A stretch of DNA of 57,217 nt, counting the filler, from Asterionella formosa (taxonomy: Eukaryota): assembly GCA_002256025.1 (NCBI GenBank). It is 6 parts of 6 records of this genome, joined end to end, with 100 filler letters (N's around TTAATTAATTAA, not from the genome) between each part and the next. Parts side by side here need not be neighbours in the genome. Positions count along the whole stretch, not along the records: positions 38,227 to 47,672 come from NKIB01010645.1; positions 47,773 to 57,217 come from NKIB01010646.1; 4 more parts are not named here. One strand, written 5' to 3'. Positions 46,937 through 57,217 of this stretch are shown piece by piece. Numbering within the stretch: the stretch's first letter is position 1; each line of letters opens with the position of its first letter. Position numbers and translations under genes: made by a program. The notes under the pieces were generated by a model. The model was not told the DNA's origin. It searched no databases and saw only the letters and a program-made list of their open reading frames with translations.

Positions 46937-47263
46937 TCCATCCCCAGCGAATCTGGTACAATTACCAGCCTTCGCTACCTATTTTTGAGTGACAATAGAT
47001 TGACTGGAACTTTCCCTTCACAGTTGGGTAACTTGCCAAACTTACAAGTCATCACTCTTCAATCGAATTATTTGGTCGGTGAAATTCCTACAGAATTGGG
47101 AAAATTGGCATCCTTGGAGAATCTTAACTTGTCTGGCAATGTTGACCTTAAAGGAAATATTCCCGACTCCCTTTGTGGTTTACGTAAGAATGGATCATTG
47201 TTGACATTTATTGCTAATTGTGGCACCTGTGAGGTACCCACATGTTGCAGTCAATGCGCTTAG
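46937..47263 (+). pseudogene. C-terminal fragment of an LRR (plant-RLK-type LxxLxLxxNxLxGxIP) protein with Cys cap
   Basis: Three LRRs followed by LC...NC..C...CCSQC. There is no plausible native 5' part; the upstream in-frame sequence is microsatellite. Confidence 0.8.
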
Positions 47264-47546
47264 CATAGTGTTCAACTGGGAGTCAGATGATCGAGGGACA
47301 TCTATACTACTATATACGTGGTGCATTTGAAGTTTTAGAATTTAATGAATAAATATTGATAACGAATCAAACAGGTGTGTATATGATAAATAGGGGATAG
47401 ATAAATTTAGAATTAGCATTGGAAAGCAAGGGTATGACATTCCCATATGAAAGTTCCGAAATCTATGCTGGCCTCATAACTACTATTTGAGAACGAGCGA
47501 GGGATTTCCTCATCCTTCATCTCATGAAACATTTTGTCCTTGTCGC

Positions 47547-47672
47547 TTAGACAACTGCACGCATGATCTGACCACGGATCTCACCATTGGGGCATTTCGC
47601 AGTATGGATGTTGACATAGAGCGAGCCAGCTAGGAGGAGTGTTGCCTGGGCAGCAGTAAGGGTGAAACACTG
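47547..47672 (-). CDS. CHRD-domain protein, 3' end (second, inverted copy)
   Basis: Reverse complement of 38227-38352 except the last sense codon (…RAVV* vs …RAVA*). Confidence 0.9.
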   Translation of the reverse strand, partial: QCFTLTAAQATLLLAGSLYVNIHTAKCPNGEIRGQIMRAVV

Positions 47673-48592
47673 NNNNNNNNNNNNNNNNNNNNNNNNNNNN
47701 NNNNNNNNNNNNNNNNTTAATTAATTAANNNNNNNNNNNNNNNNNNNNNNNNNNNNNNNNNNNNNNNNNNNNTTTTATATTTTATCATATATATTTTATT
47801 AGTCTATCCTCTGTGTGGACATATGCACCGGTAGACATTGCTTGTTTTTGAGTGTATGATATGGCGCGCCATATTGCGGTCTGGAGCTCGTAAAATGTTG
47901 TTGGTACCGGAGTACGTCGGAACAAAATTTACTCTACATTATCATACCGTATATGTATGACATGTATGAAAGTCGCTCATGCGTCCTTCTTGCTGTCGTT
48001 GGCTGACCGACACACCGGTTTCTATACCAGGTCCCTGTTACCCCTGGTAGCAGATGATATATCATGCCAGCACGATCATGATACCTGAAAAAGTTGCAGC
48101 AACTTTGCTATACTAAAGATTTAGCTATTTTTATCCCAGATTATTGTTGATTTAAGCAAAATGATCTCAATCTGCTGGTAGGTAGCATGTGCTACGGGTC
48201 CCAGAGTAACAGATACTGGTACCAGGGTACCAGCAATATCCTGAACGCCCACGGTGATGGTGTGGTGGAATAACAAGAACGACACAGTAACGGCGGCGCG
48301 ATTACAAGCAAGGTACCGGTAGCAGTGACCCAATTAACTGGTAGTACCAGGTACCAGGTGCCAACGGCAGTTCTTGTTCGTCTTCTACTTCGACTTGGTC
48401 TGCTCCCAGGTAGAACTGCTGTTTGATCTCTGCATGCCGGTATTAACCTTGTTGGTCCTTTGAGTTACTTGAGTTACTTGTCGTTTAGCAGTACACTGAT
48501 GCATAACAAAATAGAAAGACAGAGAGAGGAGAAAGAGAGAGAAAGCGAGAAAAAAACGAGAACAAGCCAGCCTATAATTGGTACCGGTAGTC

Positions 48593-51294
48593 ATGAAGCG
48601 ATCACTACCCAGAGCAACCACTTATCATCAAACAAAAGGTGTCGCCTTGCTCCTAACAATATTCCTATCGAACAGCACGTACCTAGTGGTTGCAACGGGA
48701 TTTCCTGGCACGTTGCCTTCGACGTATGCTACCGACAAATCACCTTCCACTCCTTGGAAAACAGGTTCACTTGAGCTTGCCGCCGCATCGAACTCATCCG
48801 ACGAGTTGGAATCAAGCTCCTCTGATACGGAAGCAACGAATACCTCTATTTATGAAACTCAGACATTCCGATCTACGCAACGAAGGGATCAGACTGACAG
48901 TACCGATGAGACAACGCCATCACATGTTTCGGAAGACGAACCACAACTTGGAGATCGGGAACATCCTGCAGACGTGCAACAGCATCGCAACATGATACCA
49001 ATAGCAGCTCATCCATCACGTCCTCTTAGGACGCTCAAAAAATTGCAGGCTATGTTAGACGAGACAGACTATATGACAACGGCTCCACACAGATCGAATG
49101 AGCATGATGTTCTGCCGAAAATAGAAACCACTGCATTGCACATGAAACACATTTCAGAACAACTTGACATGCCCGGGGATGATTCGGCAGAAGATGACTC
49201 CGGGGTTTGGGAACCTGGCTTCGATACAGTGTCAGAACACATTCCTAATGAGGTACCACCAGCTCAACCATTCCTATTACCACCATCACCACCGCAGCAT
49301 TCAAAATCAGAACAGTCGGAAATAGACAAGCTTTGGACAAGCAAGGACAGAATTAAATACAAGAAACAACAAGAACGGTTACGTAGAGTTCAAGAAGAAC
49401 GAAGACGCCTTGAACATCATCTACAACAACAAGGGGGATCGTCGGATGACGATGCAGATGCAGAAAGTGGAACGGATGATGGATTGGGATACACATTGCC
49501 CAATTTGTCAGTATATCTCAGTGATGCTGAAGATGCTACAGATGGAGTCATGGACTACTCTGAGCCGCAGCAGCAACATTCACTTCCGAGGCCGAGGATT
49601 AATTCACAGCAACAGCTGCAGCAGCAACAACAGCCTCCACTGCCTCCGTTTGCACAGCAACAACAGCAGCAGCAGCAGCAACAACAACAGTATCAACAAT
49701 ATCCTGGACAGTATCCTCCTTACCCTCCTCCACTCCCAGACCCAATGCAGATGGGACCTCCTCCATATATACCATATCCACAAAATCAATTTATGCCATA
49801 TCCTCCATACGGTCATTATACTTCTCAACAGCAGCAAATGATGGCTGCTCAGTTTTCTTCCTGGGCCGCACAAGCGACCAACATGCCGTATCGGCCATAT
49901 CCACTATATCCACAACGACCCTTTCAACCTCAATCTGCAGCTTCAATGTATCCAGCCACAAACTACAACAACCCAAGACTTTCGCAGTTTGAACAGGATA
50001 CACTGCCAATAAACCACTTGTCGAATGTTGCTATATTGCCCCTGGAGGCGCAAATGGAAGTCGCTATTGAAACGGTACGTTATTTAGAGGTATACAGTGT
50101 TTTTATTTGACAGATGCTATGCCATTCTGCTCATGCACTTTGTGTTTCAAGCCATTGTCGCTCGCTGAGGCCATAGCAAAAATCAATTTTGACTCGCTGC
50201 AAAAGATTTCCATTCTTGTCGTTAGTGTTGTTCTCCTATGTTACTGTGCTGTGTCGCCGCGAACTCTTGAGCTGGTTGACTATAACAAAAAGTTCAGTCA
50301 AAACATGCGAATTGTGCCATTGGCCTTCATTGCTCCAATGATTTACTTCCTTTTAGTCTTTGACACGAAGCGAAATGATATTAATGATGCTGTGACGACA
50401 TTTTACCAATCCTTTACTATCGGCTACGTACTTGCATTCATATTGGAGGTTTTCTCGACCACGTTAATTCGAATCGGTGTATTTGCTTTGTGGGAACCTG
50501 CAATATTCAAGCTTTCACCTGAGATTCCATCATTGGTAGTGCCTTGGGTGATTCGAGAAACGGGTTATATGCCTCAAAGAATAACTCTCTTCGCAGCTGA
50601 CTTCTTGACAACATGTGTGGCAAGCCCCTTCATTGAAGAGTATGTCAAGCTAAAGATGCTTCAATGGAGTGTTAATCTTCCCAGAAACTTTCGATGGGTG
50701 GTCAAAAAGTCGAGCAAGAGCAAGAAGAAACGAATTGTAGCGGAAGCATTGCCACGGGGTCCAGGAGATCAGGATGTGTGCAATATTAACAGTTACGTGA
50801 CCCAAATGCTGGCAGCAAGTATGGGTTTGAAGCTGTGTGACAGTGCACGACGAATCCTCATGTACACGAAAGCATCTCATACGAACAAGTCGTTTTTTGC
50901 CTTGTGTCGGGGAATTTTTCCGATTCATGAACTTTGTGGGACCATGACAGCATTAGCTCTCGCCAAACGCGATGTTCTAGGCGTCAACATGCCTCTGTGG
51001 CAGATGCTCCTTCCGGCTGTAATAGTTCACGGTATGGCAAACTTTCGTGGGATGAAACCTATCTTCAAATGGAATGCAGCAACGCCATGGTCTGAAATGC
51101 AACTCTCTCCTGGCAAAGTATTTGCCAAGTTAATGTGGCTCATAATTTTGGGACGTGCACTAGGGTATTGCGTAAAAAATTATTACCTCATTACTCGCCA
51201 GGCCGTCAAGCGAACCACTACATATGCTGGAAAGCATGCTGCCTTTTCAGCTGAGCTAGCAGCAACAGAGATGCTGAAGAAATCGAAAGACTAA
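48593..51294 (+). CDS. PrsW-family (glutamic intramembrane protease-like) protein with long Q/P-rich N-terminal region; 2 exons (48593-50074, 50152-51294)
   Basis: Phase-0 intron 50075-50151 (GTACGT...GCTCAT...AAG) fuses two ORF-track ORFs. Multi-TM C-terminus with PFIEEYVKL (EExxK), PIHELCG and AVIVHGMANF (HxxxN). Confidence 0.75.
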
Positions 51295-51639
51295 GAAGGC
51301 AAGTGAATGTTGAGTAACTAGACCAACATTTGGGATGTCGAACCTATACTGAAGCTCCTTTGTCACCATCATTGACGCTAATCCTGCTATTCAAGTGTGT
51401 ACAATCACTTTGCTTAGTTTTAACAAATCGTTTCTGTAATGACGCAAAAGTTCAAACTGATGGTTTCAAAAGTGTTAAAATTTGGGTTTTTATGGACAGA
51501 TTCGAGTAATGTAAGGCAATGTCAGACAGATGATGACTTGTTGGCTCATCATTTGCTCCCTCCCTGCCTGTCAGGATCAGGTATAATATAGAAAAGGGTT
51601 GAAATTAATATAGGCCATGATGGATAGTCCAATTCTAGC

Positions 51640-52043
51640 TAATGTGTGAGTAACCCACATGATAGTTTTGGTGTCATGCTTCCCTATCTACAAATGAAAA
51701 TTGGATGAGGAAAATACAAGCAGTGACTGACCATGGCAATATATTTTCAGGGAATGGAAGAATTGATAAGATTTACTTAATCCCTCAAGAAAGATATGGT
51801 GTCCAAAACAATGAGGTATTCATTTGCCCATATTGGAATGAAAAGCGACAAGTCATACTTGATGGAACTTTAGAAAATTCCAGAAAAATGAGTTGGCAAC
51901 AAGCTAAAGATATGATATGTTATCCTCAAGATAGTAAGTCCCAAAAAATGTGCAAGTGTATGAAAGAATACACAAATGCTTGTGGATGTGCTAAGGAAAT
52001 CTGCAAAATGTATGAACAAATTAATAAAATGTTAAATTCATAA
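51640..52043 (+). mobile_element. Ginger/KRBA2-like C-terminal remnant related to 27930-28330
   Basis: IQAVTDHG.I.SG...IPQE...CYPQ.SKSQK.CKCMKE.TN.CGC parallels the contig-3 fossil. Confidence 0.55.
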
Positions 52044-53270
52044 GCCATTGGTAGGTAAAACTAGTTGGCTTTTCATCAGATTACATGAATTAAGGAATTT
52101 TGAAGAAACAGGTGTGCAGGAAAATGTAGTGAATAAAGTAATGATTGGATCTTAGTAGCTTTGGGGATTATCTCTATTTCAATAGTTATTATTCTCTTAG
52201 TAATCTGCATTCTACGTTGGGAAATTGCAATCTTGCATAAGTATGCCCAAGGGTAGTATATGTCAGGGGAAGGGGGTAAAATTGGTGATTTTGTTCCTTT
52301 CTTCTACTAAAACAAGAAAATTTATGAAATTATCGATTGCCTTCAAATTTTTATGTTTTCATTTACTAGAAGAAAATTTATGAAATTTTTAATTGCCATT
52401 GAAGTAACAAAGTAATGAAATATCATGCTAAAAATCTATTTTATATGACTTCATAGATGTGATTATCATTCGAGCTGGTTTTGGTTCTTGGCAGTGAGAT
52501 CATCTGGAACAGTAGCAAGTGGGCGCTTTGGGAAAGAAATCTTTTCCTTGATTTCATAGATGGTATTGCTGTTGCAGCGCTTGTTTTATATTGGCATCAG
52601 ATGCTTTGTGTAACACTTGTTGGTTGTTGGATGAAGGGGTGGTTTCAATCTGTTGATTAGCGATTTTCATAGATTTCGAATTGCTGCATTTAATAATAGA
52701 CAACTCCATGATTTCTTTCTGTAAAATAGTCACATTCTTGGCATGAGCATGACATTGACATAATTCACGGTATTATTGTTACTTCACGATTTTCAACTTC
52801 TTCATCTCTTAGCCAATTCTGGTCACATTTCAGATTTATGCTTGCTGTTTATACATTAGCTTAAGTCTAAACTGTGACCAGGATTGGCAAGCAAATGAAC
52901 GAAATTGTTTTCCAATTGACCCCTTGTTTCCTTGCTCTCGATGGCAGCGACGAGACGAAATTAATTTAGCTCTAAACAATTCGAAGAAATTAGAATTCTT
53001 TTCAACACCAAAATCAGTTACCCTTTTAGTCGCATCTAGTTTGAAACGAAAAATGTTGTGTGTACTGTTCTTTTACTTCAGAGCGCCCCCTGTATCATCA
53101 TCCTCGTCTCGATGAGGGCCTGATTTAATTTTACACCTGCACAGAACCCGGAAATGGAATCGAGCGCTGGCTGATGGTGACTCGTGATCATGTTCGGTAT
53201 TTGTATTGCTGAAGTCGTTGCTATTGTTATGTTGAGCAGATTCATGTGCTCCGAGCATACAACAACATCA

Positions 53271-54041
53271 ATGAAATCATTTGTCCTCCCAATCCTCTTC
53301 ACAACCTACGTCTTGCCAGCGAAGGCATTTCTATTACCAGGCATTTCTCCTCTGCCGTTTGCAACTCCAACTGAGCTTCGCTCGACAGCCGCAAGTGATC
53401 CAGAGACATTCTTGCGACTATTGGATAATGATAGTGAGCTCAATAATGCAAGTTCCGAACGGACTCGGATGCTTACCTTGCTGATCGAGAACAAGATGGT
53501 GGTGGATGCCACTTCTTTTCCTTTGGGAAAGCCTGCGGGCAAGAAAGTGTCAATTTTGAATCCTGGACGATTAGAGTCCATGATGAAGGTTGCTACTGGG
53601 ACTTGGCAAGTAATATATGCCCCACATATGAAGCTTGGCGAAGCCTTGTTTGGAGGAGGCAATCTAGATGTTCAATATATTCTCTACTCAGATGGAACTA
53701 TTGAAAGCCACGCTAAGGTGTTTAACTTTCCATGGATGCTAGGTCTCAAAAGTATCTACCTATCTGTCAGTGGGACATACGGATCAGTTTCGGACAATGT
53801 GTGCGAAATTGCTTGGGACAATGCTTGGGTAAGGCATGTGTCAAAATCAGATGAGGATCAGTGCTACGCAAAATTTTCTGATGTTCCAGATAACTTGACC
53901 AAAGCCGTCATCACAAATGTTGGAAAATTCCTATTTATTCGACCTTTCTCAGTGTTCCCCATCTCATTCCTATCTGAAAATCTCATAGTTTTTGATTTTG
54001 AGGTACTTCGAACTAGAATATGTGCTCGTAAAATATCATGA
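53271..54041 (+). CDS. Plastid-targeted PAP/fibrillin-like protein
   Basis: Bipartite presequence MKSFVLPILFTTYVLPAKA|FLLP (ASAFAP-like), helical N-domain, GTWQVIY motif and beta-rich barrel. Confidence 0.65.
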   Translation: MKSFVLPILFTTYVLPAKAFLLPGISPLPFATPTELRSTAASDPETFLRLLDNDSELNNASSERTRMLTLLIENKMVVDATSFPLGKPAGKKVSILNPGRLESMMKVATGTWQVIYAPHMKLGEALFGGGNLDVQYILYSDGTIESHAKVFNFPWMLGLKSIYLSVSGTYGSVSDNVCEIAWDNAWVRHVSKSDEDQCYAKFSDVPDNLTKAVITNVGKFLFIRPFSVFPISFLSENLIVFDFEVLRTRICARKIS

Positions 54042-54292
54042 GAATAACGTGATGAATGCCAGGTTTGCGGCAATACCAGCCATAAAATATGATGAGAATG
54101 ATGTGACGAATGCCAGGTTTGCGGCCATACCTGCCGTAAAATATGATGAGGATGATGTGACAAATACCAGGTTTGCGGCTATACCTGCCGTAAAATATGG
54201 TAAGAATGATGTGACGAATGCCAGGTTTGCGGTCATACCTGCCGTAAAATATGATGAGAAAGATCTGACAAATGCCAGGTTTGCGGCCATAC
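54028..54292. repeat. 54-bp minisatellite, ~5 copies, overlapping the fibrillin-like stop codon
   Basis: gccaggtttgcgg anchor at 54058, 54112, 54166, 54220 and 54274. Confidence 0.97.
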
Positions 54293-55006
54293 GTGGAATC
54301 TGATGTATAGTAGAATACTTGTAAAATAGACAACAATAAACAGGATGCGTAGGCCCTTATTATTACTCCACGCCAATCAGAAAGGGTCAAGCAGATCTGC
54401 TATAACATATCTTAAAGTTGCTGAGTTAGAAACCCTAGACTATATTCCCAAATTTCATTGGAAATGGGAATTTGTGGGAGTGATTTTGAATATCAGTGAC
54501 TCCATTTGAATTATTTAAAATATTGGAAATTGGCGCGTAGGCATAATGTGCAGGAGATTTGAAGACTAAAAATCCCTTCACAAGACTCCTATTCCAATCG
54601 GGACTTTTCGATATGTCGTGATTTGGTGACTGTTGAAAAGGCCAACTTTGCCGGCCTTTTGGATGATGATTGATTAACATTGGCCGACTTAGAAGTGATC
54701 TTTATGTGTATTTCTATTATCTTTTACTCGGCGCACTCTGATTATAAAAAATTAATATATTAGCCACCATGTGTGTATTATATCACAGATTATTTTGGCG
54801 ATTTGATCCCTCCTAATATCATCATTGCGCTCTGCCTGATAATCAAGATATTTTAGATTAATTATCTGACATTAAATACATATTTAACTTTAATTCATAG
54901 CAGCTAAATTTCCATAGCAATGCATCCTCTGGTATGTTATACCTTCTCTTGTTCATTATATCTGTGAGTTCCATTGTTTCACCATTGTCCTCAGTCATTG
55001 ACCATG

Positions 55007-56200
55007 TCGGCTTTCCTCTCATCTCTTGATGATGATGATATTATCATCACATTGCTATTGTTAGCAGCATGCAATCTGTCAGTAAACAAGACGCCATCGT
55101 TAAGTGAAAGCTTGACTGTTGATGACGTTAGAAGAAGAAGCGGTAAAATCCGGCGCAACACACTACAACATCCATTGTTGGCAAGTCCATTCTGGACCTT
55201 GTTCAACATCAAACATGAGGATGATGCTCTCATCACATTGTCTTGGTTTGACCATGCTTCTTTCGAGCTCCTACAAAATACTATTTATTCCTTGTTTTGA
55301 CTCCTCTACTCCCTGTAGAAAAACACAAGTTTCATTATTAGAGATTCAGCAACCAAGAAAGGTCTGCAAGGATACCTTTGTTCTGTTAGTTGTCTAGCGC
55401 TTGAGTTGGCATGGACCAGAACCCGTGGTTCCTATAAGATTATTCAAAATTTTAATTTTTGTTCAACTCATGGTTCCTTGAGTTTTTGCATGAGGTTTTC
55501 AAGACAAATGATTATAAATGTGCTTCTGACAAATGAAGATGCCATTGTGAGACTACCAACTGCAGACGGAGCCACCTTATTTGCAACCATGATTCATAAG
55601 AAATACCCTTTGATAAAAAATTGTTGGGGAGCAACAATGGGTGGTCAGAAACTGACCCTGCAACGAGCTAGAAATGAAACACAGCGAAAAACTTCTACAA
55701 TGGATGGACTCATGAACGCTACTAGTATGTGAAAAATTAGTTTCTTTTTTGTCCTGATGGCGAAATTTGCTGCCCTTATTTCAATTCACCTGGTGTTCTC
55801 CATGACTCCACCATGGCAATTCGGTCATCGATTTGTGACCAAATTGAAACGGTTAACAGAGACAGAGGTGAAAACGCAGTTGTGTATTAAGCATTTGCAT
55901 CTAAGAGCTCAAATGCAAAGCTGAAATCGCATCAAAATAATGTTCATGCAAATGGTAATCCTCAACAAAGATTTGGTGTGAATCGCCAAGCCACATCAAT
56001 CTGACAGCTGTCGAAATGTGGAAAACGATGCCTTCAGGAATCATTTCCAAGAATCAAAGACAAATATTGTTATTGAAAATTAATACTGAATGATTGTATT
56101 GCTCTGCAACTTTCATGTTTGCAAGCGCAAAGTTAGTCAGAACCAAATTCCTGCTGTTTACATGCCCTATTTGCATAGGAATGCTAACAATAGATATGCT
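55007..56200 (+). mobile_element. Second PIF/Harbinger-type transposase pseudogene; probable convergent accessory ORF remnant at ~56350-56950 (-)
   Basis: DDALITL..FDHASF, LAWTRTRGS, KYPL..NCWGA, FYNGWTH, F.PDG, NSPGVLHDS, with many frameshifts. Confidence 0.85.
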
Positions 56201-57217
56201 ATATAATTCATAGAATTTATTTATTTATGATTATTTATCATCACTGCTTGCATTTATATCTTAGAATAAATTAGTGTAAGGTTATTCATCGTCAATACTA
56301 CTATCACTGTTATTTCTTGGAGTTCGACATTCACTTGAGGCTGAAAAAATTTGTTTTACATTGATTTCTGCTTTTTAGACTTTGCACTGTTTGCTGCATT
56401 GATGTCACGTTCGAAGCAATCATTTCCTGAATGGGTTTGGCACTGGCAGTTGAGGAGGCTGGTTGTTTGAAGTACCCCACAATTCAAGCAACATGGATTG
56501 AAATCATCATGTTCATTATATTTTGTTAGTTGCTGCTGCAGGTTATCAATAATGCTTCTACTAGCCTTCTGAAGCAACTACATTGAGAGAAGAGAAAGCA
56601 CTTTGTTAACATTGTTTGACGCTGTTAACTTATCTCTAAACCAAGGGGACATCATAGGTTGAGGAAATCTTTAACCAGAGAAATTAGCACAAGTGGCCTA
56701 TGTTGCTCCACCATTGCCTACACTCTCCCCAGAAATTGCTATAAACTCAACATTTGCCTCATCAACATTTGGCTCATTGAGTTCATTCTCTAGGCCAAGA
56801 TCAGTGGAGTGAGTCAATGGCAGCACTTGAATCTGCTCATTGTTCTATTCTTCGAAAGATTTTTTCATATCTGACCTCAGCTGGGAATGTTGGGTCCCCA
56901 GTTGGTTTCTTAACTTTGGGTCACTTTGTCTAATCTTTTGGTCAAGTGAAAATAGTTATGCGGGCTCCCCTACTAACCTGTCAGAGTATGTCTGTTAGGC
57001 TGTTGATGTCGACAGGTGTCCGAAAACTAGGTAGTCTGAAGAAGGTCTAAACAGAAATAGACAGGATTTATATAGCAAAATAATATGCAGACAAGCGGCG
57101 CGAGAAAGATCTTGACTAGTCATTCCAGGGCAGTACTTGAGAGCACTTGAGTAGGCACCATATATTTCAATCCTAACCTAAAGAAGGCGCTATATAAATG
57201 AAGTTAATTAACCTGCT

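Noticed and set aside
38227..47672. Terminal inverted repeats of a Polinton, virophage or linear plasmid
   Set aside because: The repeats are CHRD coding sequence truncated at contig edges. No pPolB, capsid or packaging ATPase is present.
9468..47772. TTAATTAATTAA repeats at regular ~9.5-kb spacing, and any gene cluster spanning them
   Set aside because: Artificial concatenation linkers inside N runs; the contigs are unlinked.
54431..54480. Helitron 3' end (hairpin plus CTAG on the minus strand)
   Set aside because: CTAG is not followed by T, the hairpin is AT-rich, and the homologous copy near 5000 lacks it.

Overview
Eukaryotic nuclear DNA, most likely a diatom. The evidence is short GT-AG introns, an ASAFAP-type plastid presequence, RXL-motif secreted proteins and diatom-type transposon fossils. 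The window is not one locus. It is six unrelated ~9.45-kb contigs (1-9467, 9568-19023, 19124-28576, 28677-38126, 38227-47672, 47773-57217) joined by 100-nt N spacers carrying a TTAATTAATTAA stop linker, so gene order across spacers is meaningless. Host genes: transportin-3, AIM24-family protein (1 intron), MycE/TylE-like O-methyltransferase, truncated STAND/AAA_16 ATPase, PT-repeat type I membrane protein, Lys/Pro/Thr-rich secreted protein, two inverted CHRD-domain gene ends, an LRR fragment, a PrsW-family intramembrane protease (1 intron) and a plastid fibrillin-like protein. Intergenic DNA is full of decayed mobile elements: Copia, LINE with RNase H, piggyBac-like, two PIF/Harbinger, Ginger/KRBA2-like and a Kolobok/Mutator-like transposase beside a P2X7-ballast-like ORF. 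The best leads are: (1) a tRNA-Ala-derived SINE with a perfect 16-17-bp TSD and a possibly pseudoknotted body; (2) a 1.7-kb RT-less insertion with a 17-bp TSD, an oligo-C end and a 33-aa-repeat ORF that splits a LINE; (3) a 192-bp (64-codon) tandem array next to the Kolobok-like module; (4) inverted near-identical CHRD paralogs. All family assignments are from motif recognition by eye; no searches were run.
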